64,000 nt of DNA from an uncultured Solirubrobacterales bacterium (GCA_963753145.1 CAVWAX010000001.1:39573-103572), one strand, 5' to 3'. Positions 10,386 to 20,675 are shown, counted from the first letter of the stretch. The notes: a model not told the origin generated them from the sequence alone. A program made the numbers and translations.

Positions 10386-10607
10386 ATGGCGAAGGTAATG
10401 GTGTCGATCCCAGACGACCTTCTCGACGAGGTTGACGCTCAAGCTAGCCGTCTCGGTACGTCTCGCAGCGCGGTGTTGCGAGATTTCGCGGATGCGGCCC
10501 TGCGCAGGCGCCGATCGGATCGCGCCGCTGCGATGGACGCCCTTCTGCGCCACGTCGGCCGGCATGGTGGCGGCGCCGCCGAGCATGTGAAGGCTACGCG
10601 GCCATAG
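10386..10607 (+). CDS. Ribbon-helix-helix (CopG-like) antitoxin
   Basis: MAKVMVSIPDDLLDEVDAQASRLGTSRSAVLR is an RHH signature; 1 nt before the PIN gene. Confidence 0.85.
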   Translation: MAKVMVSIPDDLLDEVDAQASRLGTSRSAVLRDFADAALRRRRSDRAAAMDALLRHVGRHGGGAAEHVKATRP

Positions 10608-10608
10608 C

Positions 10609-11067
10609 GTGAGCACTCTGGTCCTCGACGCCAGCGTGGTCCTGGCTGCGTTCGATGCTGAGGACGAAAATCACGATGTGGCCAAGTCGATTCTCGCAAA
10701 TCCAGAGGTCACGCTGGCCACGCTAGATCTCGCTCGCTACGAGGTAGCAAACGTGGCGGTGCGCGCATGGCGGGACGCGAGTCAGGTCGCCGGACTGCTC
10801 GAAGCGGTTGACCGCATCTCAGACGATGGCGGTATCACGTCTGCCACGACGACTCTACTTTCGCGTGCCGCCGAGCTCGCAGAACAACACGCCATCTCCG
10901 TCTACGACGCCGCGTATGTAGCCGCTGCCTCGCAGGTCGGCGCCAGCCTTATTAGCTGCGATATCCGTGATCTCGTGAATAAGGGTCTCGCACGCAGCCC
11001 CGCTGAGGTCTCCGAGGTCGAGTCGGAGCATTCTCAGGTCGGCGGCGAGGAAGCGGGACAGCCTTAG
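10609..11067 (+). CDS. vapC: PIN-domain VapC-family toxin
   Basis: LVLDASV, YEVANV, SVYDAAYVA, LISCD acidic PIN residues. Confidence 0.88.
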   Translation: MSTLVLDASVVLAAFDAEDENHDVAKSILANPEVTLATLDLARYEVANVAVRAWRDASQVAGLLEAVDRISDDGGITSATTTLLSRAAELAEQHAISVYDAAYVAAASQVGASLISCDIRDLVNKGLARSPAEVSEVESEHSQVGGEEAGQP

Positions 11068-11079
11068 CTTGCCTGACTG

Positions 11080-12000
11080 TCAGTCCAGCTCGAACTCGGG
11101 CTCGCCGGCGTGGAGGAAGTCGGGGCGCGGGCGAGTCGGGTGGGCGTCCGGCTCGGCGCTTGCGAGCGGGCTTTGGATGTCGGGGCGGGCAATCGCGAGG
11201 TAGGCGACGAGGGCGAAGACCGCGACGGCGAACACGACCGCCGTCGGTCCGTCGCCGAAGTCGAGCCCGGTGGTGTTGCGGGGCTTGCTGATGTAATCCG
11301 CGAAAGATGCCCCGAGCGGACGCGTGACGACGTAGGACATCCAGAACGCGGCGATCGGGTTCAGGCCAAAGCGCCAGTGGGCCACCGCGGGGATCAGGAT
11401 GACGATCGTGAAGAGGATGCCCGAGTCCAGGTAGCCGAGGTTCAGCGACATCGCCGTGAAGTCGCCGAGCGCGGTTCCGAGCGCGAAGGTCGCGAACACC
11501 GTCGCCCAGTAGTAGCCCTCGCGGCGCTGCGTGGTGATGCTGTGGATCGAGAGCGTCCCCTCGCTGCGCTGCCACAGCCAGAAGATCGCGGCCAAGACGG
11601 CGCTCCACAGCAGCGTGGTGCCCGCATAGGAGATGTGTCCGTCGAGGTGCAGGAAGTCTGAGACCCCGGTTCCCGTGATCGCGATCGCAAACGCCAATCC
11701 CCAGTAGGCGGCGGCTTTGTAGCGGCGGGTCCCGAACTGCGCCAACAACCCCACCACGATCACAAGCACCTCGATCCCGCCACCGCCGAAGTTGCCATAC
11801 GTCTTCAGATAGTCCGAGGTGGCCTCCCCGCCCGCGGTCGTCAGGATCTTCACGATCCAGAAGATGAGGATGACCTCGGGGACCTTCGCCGCCAGCGGGC
11901 TCGGGAAGAAGCGCCCCACGATGGGGATCAGGCCGTCACGCGAGCGCGTCCGGCGGTCGGGGTGCGGCGAAGGGTTGTACCGATCTGGGGCGGACGACAC
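11080..12000 (-). CDS. COG4705/DUF347-repeat membrane protein
   Basis: KVPEVILIFWIVKILTTAGGEATSDYL, FALGTALGD and TRPLGASFAD repeats; AAGGAGG RBS before GTG 12000. Confidence 0.8.
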   Translation of the reverse strand: MSSAPDRYNPSPHPDRRTRSRDGLIPIVGRFFPSPLAAKVPEVILIFWIVKILTTAGGEATSDYLKTYGNFGGGGIEVLVIVVGLLAQFGTRRYKAAAYWGLAFAIAITGTGVSDFLHLDGHISYAGTTLLWSAVLAAIFWLWQRSEGTLSIHSITTQRREGYYWATVFATFALGTALGDFTAMSLNLGYLDSGILFTIVILIPAVAHWRFGLNPIAAFWMSYVVTRPLGASFADYISKPRNTTGLDFGDGPTAVVFAVAVFALVAYLAIARPDIQSPLASAEPDAHPTRPRPDFLHAGEPEFELD

Positions 12001-12111
12001 GTGGCGAAGGCCTCCTTGCGGCCGAATGGGCCCCGACCCTAGCAAGCAGGCTTTTCCCGATGTCGCAGTCTCGCTGGACTGAGCCGGGTGCCGCCGTTAC
12101 ACTCGGCGGCC

Positions 12112-12990
12112 ATGTCTGAAATCTCGCCTGCTGTCTATCGCGCCGGATCTGGAGAGCCCGTCGTGCTGTTGCACGGCTTCACCGCGGCCTGGGGGATCTG
12201 GTACCCGATCCTGGCCGATCTGGTCGCCCGCTATGAGGTGATCGCGCCGACCTTGCCGGGCCACCACCACGGTCCCGCCTATCCGGCCGACCAGCCGATC
12301 GGCTTCGCGCAGTCCACGGACGCGGTCGAGCGCCAGCTGGACGAGATGGGGGTCGGCAGCGCGCATTTCGTCGGCAACTCGATGGGTGGGGGCATCGCCT
12401 TGGAGCTGGCCAAGCGCGGTCGTGCGCGCTCGGTAGTAGCGCTCGCTCCCGCCGGCGGTTGGAGCACAGGTGACGGGGAGGGCCCGCGCATCGGCAAGTT
12501 CTTCGCCAAGCAGATCAAGATGCTCGAGCGAACACACGCCTGGAGCGAGCGGATCATGAAGCGTCCCGGTACGCGCCGCCTGGCGTTCAGGGAACTGATG
12601 CGTCACGGCGAGCTCGTATCTCCAGCCGACGCCGCCGGGATATCGCAGGCCGCGCTCGGCTGCTCGATCAGCCAGCGAGCGATCCAAGCGCTGCTCCTCG
12701 ACATCCCCGAGCTCACCATCGGCGAGCTCGACCGGATCTCCTGTCCTGTGCTGCTGGCCACGCCCCAGTTCGATCGCGTCCTACCTGGTCCCCTGCACGC
12801 CCCGCGCTATCGCCGCGAGATACCGGGCGTCAAGGCGATCTCGCTCCCCGGCTGTGGACACGTCCCGATGTGGGACGACACGAAGCTGGTCACGGACTTG
12901 ATCGTCGGGCACGTCGAGGGTGCGGCTGCGGCAGACCCGCCCGACGCATCCTCCGTGGCGCCGTCGCGCTCGGCGCCGGTGGGTGTCTGA
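12112..12990 (+). CDS. Alpha/beta-fold hydrolase
   Basis: LLHGF, GNSMGG nucleophile elbow, GCGHVPM; TACACT 8 nt upstream. Confidence 0.9.
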   Translation: MSEISPAVYRAGSGEPVVLLHGFTAAWGIWYPILADLVARYEVIAPTLPGHHHGPAYPADQPIGFAQSTDAVERQLDEMGVGSAHFVGNSMGGGIALELAKRGRARSVVALAPAGGWSTGDGEGPRIGKFFAKQIKMLERTHAWSERIMKRPGTRRLAFRELMRHGELVSPADAAGISQAALGCSISQRAIQALLLDIPELTIGELDRISCPVLLATPQFDRVLPGPLHAPRYRREIPGVKAISLPGCGHVPMWDDTKLVTDLIVGHVEGAAAADPPDASSVAPSRSAPVGV

Positions 12991-12994
12991 GGCC

Positions 12995-14437
12995 TCAAGC
13001 GCCGTCGCTCGCGAACAGCTGCGCGTAGCGATCGAGATGGCGGTCGCCAAGGAACTCGGCGGCGGCACGGGCGTGTGCGCGCTCGCCCATCTCGGCAGCG
13101 GCCTCGGGCTCGGTGAGTAGTCGTTCGATCAGGGCGCCGAAGGCGACGAGATCGTGGGGGTCCTCCAGCAGCAGGCCGTGCTCGCCGTCGGTGATCTGAT
13201 CTGCGATGCCCCCGACCTTGCTGGCGACGATCGGTCGCGACTTCCACATCGCCTCGGTGACGGTCAAGCCGAAGCCCTCGGCGAGGCTCTTTTGCACCAC
13301 CACGGTCGCGTGGCGCTGCAGCGCGTTGACTATCGCCGAGGCCTCGTCGGGGTCGGCCATCGGCAGGCACGCCAGGTGCACGCGCCCGCGGATCGCGTGA
13401 GGCAGCGAGCGCCAGCGCTCCACGCACTCGTCATAGACCCTGCCCGCCTCCGGGTCGTCGGCCACGCCCGTCACGACCGGCCCCATCAACAGCAGATGCG
13501 CGCCGAGCGCGGGGTCGACGTGGTTGACGAAGCCTTCCATCACGCCCGCCATGTCCTTCAGATAATCCCAGCGCGAGACCTGCACGACCATCGGCGCCTC
13601 CTCTCGCGCGGAGGGTCCGCTTTGCAGGATGTCAACATGACGGTCGATCCGCCCCGGCGAGCCGTCGCGCCGCGCGAACGGCACCACCGGTCGAGCGTCG
13701 TCGCCGTCGAGCACGCCGACGTAGCTGAGCGCCAAACGCACGTTGCGGTGCGACATCGGCTCGTTCTTGGCCGAAAACGGGTCGATCGAAGGGGGTATCA
13801 CGTGCGTCCTTGCGCTATCCGCCCAGGGTGGAGCGAACGGCGCCCGCGAGACCACATAATCGTCGGCGCCCTCCAGGTAGGGGCGCAGAAACTCCCAAGC
13901 CCGTTCGGTCCAGTCGTTGGGCCGGTCGCACCCGACGTGGCATCGCCAAATCACGCGAGCGCCGGCGCGCTTGATCGTGTCCACCAGGCCCGCTGGCTGA
14001 GGATCGTGGATGAGCACCACGTCGCCGGGTCTGACCAACGCCAGCAACTCCTCGCCGTTGCGGCGCAACACCCGCTCATAGTGATTGCGCTCGAGCTCTC
14101 CCAACTCGCCACCGTCGCCGGGGAAGCCGTACAGGCCGTTGTGGATTCGCTTGGTGATGTCAAAGAACTCGGGGTCGCCTTGGATGACCAGCCAGCGAGC
14201 GTCGACGCCGGCGCCGCGCACGTAAGCGAGCAGCGTTTGCAGCATCTCCGCGACGCCGCCACCGGCCGCGGTGGAGCTGATGTTGAGCACGGTGTGACCG
14301 GCCAGCGTCCTCTGGGCGGCATCCGCGACCCGCTCGAAATTAGCCATCCGCCGCGTTCCGATCAGCGGCTCCAGGCGCGCGGCGTCGAGCGCCTGGACCT
14401 CGACCTCCTGCAATCTCACCTTTGCGTGGCTGCTCAT
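12995..14437 (-). CDS. GT4 glycosyltransferase, TreT-like trehalose synthase
   Basis: STAAGGGVAEML, IHDPQP, WRCH, VSRWDYLKD, QKSLAEGFGLTVTEAMWK. Confidence 0.85.
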   Translation of the reverse strand: MSSHAKVRLQEVEVQALDAARLEPLIGTRRMANFERVADAAQRTLAGHTVLNISSTAAGGGVAEMLQTLLAYVRGAGVDARWLVIQGDPEFFDITKRIHNGLYGFPGDGGELGELERNHYERVLRRNGEELLALVRPGDVVLIHDPQPAGLVDTIKRAGARVIWRCHVGCDRPNDWTERAWEFLRPYLEGADDYVVSRAPFAPPWADSARTHVIPPSIDPFSAKNEPMSHRNVRLALSYVGVLDGDDARPVVPFARRDGSPGRIDRHVDILQSGPSAREEAPMVVQVSRWDYLKDMAGVMEGFVNHVDPALGAHLLLMGPVVTGVADDPEAGRVYDECVERWRSLPHAIRGRVHLACLPMADPDEASAIVNALQRHATVVVQKSLAEGFGLTVTEAMWKSRPIVASKVGGIADQITDGEHGLLLEDPHDLVAFGALIERLLTEPEAAAEMGERAHARAAAEFLGDRHLDRYAQLFASDGA

Positions 14438-14608
14438 CCGCTCGGTCACGCCATCAAGGGGTGTGGTCAAACTCGTATTCGAGTGAGCAGTTTGCCGCGA
14501 TGTGCCGTCGATGTATGGGCGTCAGGATGTGCATAGAGCGTGAGTGTTCCGTTGGGAACGACCGCCAAACCGGCCAGCGACAGGACGCCGCGATATGCCG
14601 CACGGCAC

Positions 14609-16003
14609 TCACGCTCTCCCTTTTACCCGCAAGTGCTCGGCAAACCACTCGCCCGCAAGCCGGCTCACCTGCTCGAGCGCGCCCGGCTCTTCGAACAGGT
14701 GCGTCGCGCCCGGCACGATCTCCAGCCGGCTCTCGCAGCGCAGGCGGCGCTGGGCCGCCCGGTTGAGCTCGAGCACCTCGGCATCGGCGCCCCCCACGAT
14801 CAACAGGGTCGGCGCTCTCACCGCATCCAAATTGTGGGCGAGGTCCGGACGTCCCCCGCGTGAGACGACCGCGCCAACCCTCGAGCCGAGTATTGCGGCG
14901 GCGCTCAGCGCGGCCGCCGCTCCGGTGCTCGCGCCGAATAGCCCCAGCGGCAGGTGCGCGACATCCGGCTGCTCGGCCACCCAATCGCAAGCGGCCTGGA
15001 GTCAACCAGTGAGCATGTGAATGTCAAAGACGTTGGCTCGATCCGCCGCCTCGCTCGCGCTGAGCAGGTCGAACAGCAACGTCGCCAGGCCCGCCTCGTT
15101 CAGGGAACGGGCGACCGCCCGGTTGCGGTCACTGAGCCGGCTCGACCCGCTGCCGTGCGCGAACGTCACCATCCCCCGCGCATCCTCGGGCACGACCAGT
15201 TCGCCCTCCAACTCGACGCCCGAGTATGCCCGAACGAACACGTTCCGCCGTCGCGGCCCCGCATCGGGAGCCGCCCTGGACGAGATGGCCTGATCGCCAG
15301 GACCGGCGAGCAGTCGCGCCACTTCGCGGTCGGTGGTGGGCTGAAAGTCCTCATACCACGCGCCCACAGCCCAGAGCTCGGCTGGTTCCTCGACGCACAC
15401 GACCTCATCGGCGCGCTCGCGAAGCGCTCTCGCGGACTCGGGCGCCGCCACGGGCACGGCGAGAATCACGCGCGTCGCGCCCTGTTCGCGCAAGGATGCG
15501 ACCGCGGCCGCCGCCGAGTTGCCCGTGGCAAGCCCATCGTCAACCAAGATCGCGGTGCGGCCCGTCAAGTCGATCGACGCGCGCTCGCCTCGATAGCGCC
15601 GCGTCCGCTCCTCGAGCTCGCGCCGCGCGCGGGCCACGACCGCGCGCAGGGCGGGTGTCGGCAGGTTAAGGGACCGGACCGTGTGCTGGTCGAGCAGGTA
15701 CACACCATCCTCGGCGAGAGCGCCGATCGCGAACTCCGGGTTCTGGGGCGCGCCGATCTTGCGAACCACGACCACCTCAAGCGGCGCGTCGAGGCCCCAT
15801 GCGACCTCCGCGGCAACCGGCACGCCGCCGCGCGGGATGCCGACGACAACCGGATGCTCGCCCGCGAACCGCCGAAGCAATGGGACCAGCTTACGTCCGG
15901 CCTCGTGGCGATCTGAGAAACGCGCCGAGCTCGACACGAGCACGGGCGGATCCTCGACCGAGGTCACGGCGCCGGTCCAGCGTCCATCGTCCAGCCGTGT
16001 CAT
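14609..16003 (-). pseudogene. Phosphoribosyltransferase + dienelactone-hydrolase-like fusion interrupted by an in-frame TGA at 15002-15004
   Basis: PRTase motifs GIPRGGVPVA and ILVDDGLATG; hydrolase HGSGSSR..FDIHMLTG*LQAACDWVAEQ..LFGASTGAA..PGATHLFEE. The frame is the same on both sides of the stop. Confidence 0.85.
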
Positions 16004-16839
16004 AGCGCTCCGCTGGTTCGGCGCATAGCAACGCGTATGCCCTGCGAACGTCCGGTGAACGTCGAGGACGAGTCACGTTTGGTCTTCCGGCTCTGAGCCT
16101 CCGACAACGGTTCGAGAAGCAGTCGCGCGACGTCGTGCGGCGAGCGCTCCGCAAGGTCCATCGTCGTGAAGTCGACGATCCGCGAGCGCAGCTCGCTATC
16201 GAGCGCGCGCGCGACCGAGGACCAGCGGTCCTTCGGGGCTGCGATGACGAGATGTGCGAAGGCTTGGCGCCGATGAGCCCGTAGGAGCAGCCTCGCGAGT
16301 CGCTGAGCGTGGGAGACCAGATCGTCCTTGAGGACCGACAGCGCGAGCGATCCCGAGCGGTCGCCGAGAAAGCCACAGCCGTTGTGGATGGTCGCGAACT
16401 CGACGAGCGCCTGTGGGCGCCCGCGCAGCAGACGCGCCCCTTGAGCGCTCAAGATCGCCACCCCCCAGTCGCCCTCGGTGAAGCTGGCGGCCAGCGGCTC
16501 CAGCCAGCGCTCGCTGTCCAGCACCACGAGCTCCTGGACCTGGGAGGGCAGCTGGATCGTCACCGTCGACTCTCCCCCGTCCAGGTCGAAGAACATGGCC
16601 AGGCCACGCGCGCCGGGCCTGAGCGCCGGCAAGGCGCGCGTGGCGGCGAGTACCTGCTCGAGACGCTCCTCGCCGATGCGCTCTCTCATACCGGCGCTCA
16701 ACCGCTCCAGTTTCTCCACACTCACGCCGAGATCCGTGGTTGGATCCACCTCCAGGTAGACGCTCAGAACCGAACGGCCGCCGCGCTCGGACTCTCTGAG
16801 CCGCCGCAGCGTGCCCGCGCCTATCGTCGGCGGAGGCAT
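16000..16839 (-). CDS. aeRF1-like (baeRF/Balon-like) protein lacking GGQ and the C-terminal domain
   Basis: VLSVYLEVDP, ARGLAMF, LEPL..WGVAILSAQGARLL, LVIAAP. No GGxSQ/GGQ motif. ATGA-coupled to the PRTase gene. Confidence 0.65.
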   Translation of the reverse strand: MPPPTIGAGTLRRLRESERGGRSVLSVYLEVDPTTDLGVSVEKLERLSAGMRERIGEERLEQVLAATRALPALRPGARGLAMFFDLDGGESTVTIQLPSQVQELVVLDSERWLEPLAASFTEGDWGVAILSAQGARLLRGRPQALVEFATIHNGCGFLGDRSGSLALSVLKDDLVSHAQRLARLLLRAHRRQAFAHLVIAAPKDRWSSVARALDSELRSRIVDFTTMDLAERSPHDVARLLLEPLSEAQSRKTKRDSSSTFTGRSQGIRVAMRRTSGAL

Positions 16840-16851
16840 CTCTTGCCCCTG

Positions 16852-17289
16852 TCAACCCGCCGTGGGCGTGATCGTGACGGTCTCCTTCTCCTGCTTGGCG
16901 GGGAGTGGAATCGTCACCTCGACCACGCCGTCGTGCGTCTGTGCCTTGATCGCTTTGGCGTCAACTCCGGCGGGCAGAGCCATCGAGCGACGGAAGGACC
17001 CATAGCGGCGCTCGCGTCGCAGATACTGCTTGTCCTTCTTCTCCTCGCTCTCCACGTGCTCGCCGGACACGGTCAGGATGTCGTCCTCCACCTCGATCTT
17101 GACCTCCTCGGGCTTGATCCCGGGGATGTCCGCGCGGAGAACGAGGTTGCCGTCCTCGTGCTCGATGTCCACGGCAGGCGTCCAGGTCCGCGCGTGACCC
17201 TCGAACATGTCCTCGAACATGCGATCGAACCGGCTGCGCAGCTCGCCAAGTTCGGCGAACGGCTCCCAGCGGGTGAGTGCTCCTGGCAT
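16852..17289 (-). CDS. Hsp20/alpha-crystallin small heat-shock protein
   Basis: WTPAVDI, ADIPGIKPEEVKI, ERRYGSFRRSMALP, DGVVEVTIP; GGAGGAG RBS. Confidence 0.95.
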   Translation of the reverse strand: MPGALTRWEPFAELGELRSRFDRMFEDMFEGHARTWTPAVDIEHEDGNLVLRADIPGIKPEEVKIEVEDDILTVSGEHVESEEKKDKQYLRRERRYGSFRRSMALPAGVDAKAIKAQTHDGVVEVTIPLPAKQEKETVTITPTAG

Positions 17290-17467
17290 TGCTCCTCCTT
17301 TGGGTCGGTGTGTAACGGTGAAGCGAAGGTAGTCCCAGCCCGCCGTCCCCGCATCGGGATACAGCCCCGCCTCCCATCCGTAGTGATCACCGATGCGCCG
17401 CCGCGCCCCGCGCGGGATCCTTCTCGTGACGGTCAGCTCATCTGACACACCGATCCAGGAGCCCGCC

Positions 17468-17896
17468 ATGAGCGATGTCGATCCCAGCATCATCGAGCGC
17501 AGCGTCGAAAAGACTCACATCTGGTTGAACGATGTGGCGGAAGAGCTGGGCACAGACGACCGCCAGTACGCCTATCGCGCGTTGCGCGTCGTCCTGCACG
17601 CGTTGCGCGACCGTTTGACAGTCGACGTCGCCGCCAAGTTCGCCGCGCAACTGCCCACCCTGATACGAGGGATCTACTACGAGGACTGGGATCCAAGCCG
17701 CACGCCGCTCCCGATCCACGACGTCGAGGCGTTTCTCGATCGCATCGTCCAGGAGGGACGCATGGCAGGCGAGACCGAGGCATCGATAGCGGTGACCGCG
17801 GTCGCACATGTTCTGCGCCGGCATGTCAGCCCAGGGGAGATCGACGATGTGCTCGCGGTGCTTCCCGACAGGCTCAAGGCGCTCATCGGCGCTTGA
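17468..17896 (+). CDS. DUF2267 family protein
   Basis: KTHIWLNDV, AYRALRVVLHALRDRL, AAQLPTLIRGIYYEDW; CAGGAG RBS. Confidence 0.85.
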   Translation: MSDVDPSIIERSVEKTHIWLNDVAEELGTDDRQYAYRALRVVLHALRDRLTVDVAAKFAAQLPTLIRGIYYEDWDPSRTPLPIHDVEAFLDRIVQEGRMAGETEASIAVTAVAHVLRRHVSPGEIDDVLAVLPDRLKALIGA

Positions 17897-17932
17897 CGGA
17901 TTGACTCGTCTTTCGCATTTATCCGGGCGCAT

Positions 17933-19312
17933 TCACAGCGCGCTCGGATAGGTCTCCGGCGGCTCGCCGAGATCCCAAGCCGGCGTGCGCTCGAGTGGCT
18001 CAACCGCTCGCGTGAGGTCGAGGTGAACGAGCGCGTCGAACTGACGTGCGGCGCTCGCGGCGAAGAGATGGCTTTGGCGCTCTGTCTCAGGCCGGTAGAT
18101 GACTCCGATCGCCCGCTCCAAGCGCGGCTCGAGTAGGGCCCGACCGCTCTCCCCGGCGGTTAGCGGACAGAGCAGGAAGGCGCTCATGCCGGTCGCATGA
18201 AGGAGAGCCTCATAGCTGTCGGGGTGCGCCGGCCGTATCTGCTTGCGCTCGGCGGGTCCGCCCCAGCCAGAGCTTGCGGTGACAGTCCCGGCATAGGTGG
18301 TGAATCCGACGTTGACCACGTCGCGACCGTGGCGCTCGCGCATGAGCTGGCCGAGGTTGATCTCTCCCCGCCTCGCCATCTCGGTCGCGCGGGCGTCACC
18401 GATATGGGAGTTGTGCTCCCATACGACCACGCGCGCGGTGCCACCGTGGCGGTCCAGGTGAGCCAGCAGGTGATCGAGCGTGTCGGCCATGTGACGGTCG
18501 CGCAGGTTCCACGAGCCCGCCTGGTCGCCGAACATCGTGCGGTAGTACTCCTCGGCGTTGGCCACCACGGCCGCGTTCTGCTCGGCGAAGAAGTACTCGT
18601 CCTCGGCAAGCGCTCCGTCCCGATATAGGTACTCGCCAGCGCGCCTGCGCAGTTCGACGAGCTGCTCTATCACCGCTCGCCGGCACGGCTCGCTGACACC
18701 CAGCAAGACCGATTGGCCGTAGTCCGAGCTCTGCCCGGCGTAGGGTTGGAGGCACTCGTAGCGCGCCCGCGCCCGCGCGGCGGCGTCGGGGTCGTGCTCG
18801 TCGAGGTAGCCGATCACGCACTCCATCGAGGCTCCGAGGCTGTAGAGGTCCAGTCCGTACACGCCGACCCTGCGAGCTCCTCGCCCGAGGCCGTCGTTGT
18901 GGGTGCGCAGCCAGCCGACGAGGTCGAGTACGTCGGCGTTGCGCCACATCCAGCTGGGGAAGCGCTGAAATCCGCGCAGGGCCTCCTCGGCGTCGCGGTC
19001 CTCGCCGGCGCCGTTGACATAGCGGCCCGCGCGGTGGGCGTCCGGCCAGTCGCCCTCGATCGCGAGCGCCGTGAAACCTTGCTCGGCGATCAGGCGCTTG
19101 GTGATGCGTGCGCGCTCGCGGTAGAACTCGTGCGTGCCGTGGCTTGCCTCCCCGAGGAGCACGATCCGCGCGTTGCCGATCCTGGCAAGCAGCGTGTCGT
19201 AGTCGCGGCCATCGCCCCCGAGCGGATGCGCCTCGGCGCGCAGGGCATCGAGGATCGCGCTCTCGCCAAGCGGCAAGGAGCCTGGGGTTGTGGCGCTCAG
19301 CCGTGCGGGCAT
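17933..19312 (-). CDS. Erythromycin esterase family protein
   Basis: LLGEASHGTHEFY, AIEGDWPDA, FPSWMWRN, YGLDLYS, WEHNSHIGDARAT, ERAIGVIYRP. Confidence 0.92.
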   Translation of the reverse strand: MPARLSATTPGSLPLGESAILDALRAEAHPLGGDGRDYDTLLARIGNARIVLLGEASHGTHEFYRERARITKRLIAEQGFTALAIEGDWPDAHRAGRYVNGAGEDRDAEEALRGFQRFPSWMWRNADVLDLVGWLRTHNDGLGRGARRVGVYGLDLYSLGASMECVIGYLDEHDPDAAARARARYECLQPYAGQSSDYGQSVLLGVSEPCRRAVIEQLVELRRRAGEYLYRDGALAEDEYFFAEQNAAVVANAEEYYRTMFGDQAGSWNLRDRHMADTLDHLLAHLDRHGGTARVVVWEHNSHIGDARATEMARRGEINLGQLMRERHGRDVVNVGFTTYAGTVTASSGWGGPAERKQIRPAHPDSYEALLHATGMSAFLLCPLTAGESGRALLEPRLERAIGVIYRPETERQSHLFAASAARQFDALVHLDLTRAVEPLERTPAWDLGEPPETYPSAL

Positions 19313-20355
19313 ATCACCGCGCGACCGTCGATCTGGCCGGCGCGCAGCTGCTCGTAGACCTCGATCGCATGGTCGAGCGGGTAGTGCTGGACGTGCGCCT
19401 TGATCTTGCCAACCTCGGCAAGTGAGAGCACCTCGATCAGCTCGATGGCACTGCCCCAGTAGGTGGTCGAGAGCGAGCACTCATACGGCTGGGAGAAGAA
19501 CGAGAAGGGGAATGAGCCGCCCGCGAGGCCGACGATCGTGACGTCGCCCTCGGCGCGTCCGGACTGAGCGGCGAGCGAGATCGTCTCCTCGGCGCCGACG
19601 ATGTCGAGCACGAGCTCCGCGCCGCGCCCCTCGGTCGCCTCGTGGATCCGTTCGACCGCGCTCTCGCCGGCCTGCACCGTTACATCCGCGCCGACCTCGG
19701 CCGCCAGGGCCAGCTTCTCGGGCGAGGTGTCAACGGCCACGATGCGCGTGGCCGACAGCGCCTTCAAGATCTGGACGGCCATGTGCCCAAGACCACCCAC
19801 GCCGATCACCACCGTGGTGGAGCCCGGTGTGAGCTTGTGCAAGGAGCGCTTGACGGCGTGATAGGGGGTGAGCGCCGCGTCACTCAGCGGCGCGGCGTCG
19901 CGCGGGTCCAAGTCACCCAACGGCACGAGCAGGCGCGCTGCCGGCACAAGCAGGTATTCGGCCATCCCGCCGTCCAATCCAAGCCCGCCGCCCATCACGG
20001 CGATCTCGTTCTGACGCTCGCAGTAGTTCTCGCTCGAGCGTCTACAGGCGCGGCATCGACCACAGCCCCAGGGCCCGTACACGGCCACGGCGTCGCCGAC
20101 GGCGACGGTGTCTACTCCCGCTCCGACGCTCTGCACCCACCCGGCGTTCTCGTGGCCCAGCGTGAACGGTGGGTTGAAGGGCATCTGCCCCTCAGGCCAG
20201 TCCATCAGGTGCAAGTCCGAATGGCACGCGCCTGCCCCGGCGACCTTGAGGAGGACCTCGCCGGGCCCGGGAGCAGGAACGGGGACCTCGAGCAGTTGCG
20301 GCGGCTGTTGCCAGGCTACGAGCCGCAATGCTCGCATCGTTTGCGGCGCGCTCAT
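19297..20355 (-). CDS. Zn-dependent NAD(P) alcohol dehydrogenase
   Basis: GACHSD, TLGHE, CGRCRAC..ENYC, GVGGLGH. Confidence 0.93.
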   Translation of the reverse strand: MSAPQTMRALRLVAWQQPPQLLEVPVPAPGPGEVLLKVAGAGACHSDLHLMDWPEGQMPFNPPFTLGHENAGWVQSVGAGVDTVAVGDAVAVYGPWGCGRCRACRRSSENYCERQNEIAVMGGGLGLDGGMAEYLLVPAARLLVPLGDLDPRDAAPLSDAALTPYHAVKRSLHKLTPGSTTVVIGVGGLGHMAVQILKALSATRIVAVDTSPEKLALAAEVGADVTVQAGESAVERIHEATEGRGAELVLDIVGAEETISLAAQSGRAEGDVTIVGLAGGSFPFSFFSQPYECSLSTTYWGSAIELIEVLSLAEVGKIKAHVQHYPLDHAIEVYEQLRAGQIDGRAVICPHG

Positions 20356-20536
20356 CGGGGCCTCCGTCCGCTTGTCTCATAGACACGACGGCGCGGCTCG
20401 GCGACCGGATGTGTATTCGGATTGATCGCCATATTCGTCGCAGCACACCTTAGGGGGGCGGGTCGAACTGCGCATCGGAAGACTGCCGCGCGCGACAGGG
20501 CGAAAACTACGTACTCGCCAAAACTGCGCCACCCGC

Positions 20537-20644
20537 CCGGGACCCTTGGGCGGCCGGATCGTGCTCGATGTGTGCGTCGTGATGGCCACGACCCTCGTCG
20601 CGCTCGCGCTGGGAGCCGTCACCCTGCGGCGTCGAACCGCCTGA
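20537..20644 (+). pseudogene. Orphan 3' gene fragment resembling an ABC-2 permease C-terminus
   Basis: ..RIVLDVCVVMATTLVALALGAVTLRRRTA*; no matching upstream coding region seen. Confidence 0.4.
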
Positions 20645-20651
20645 TCGCTCG

Positions 20652-20675
20652 CGACTGCGGGATATTCCGCAGTCG
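20652..20675. promoter_or_regulatory. Perfect inverted repeat CGACTGCGG-N6-CCGCAGTCG upstream of sqr
   Basis: 9-bp arms with a GATATT spacer, 53 bp before ATG 20729. Confidence 0.55.

Noticed and set aside
9072-11067. rmuC plus vapBC as the edge of a mobile element
   Set aside because: No integrase, transposase, att site or terminal repeat was found in the window.
15002-15004. Selenocysteine UGA in the PRTase-hydrolase
   Set aside because: The position is not catalytic and is usually Arg. I could not identify a SECIS-like stem directly downstream.
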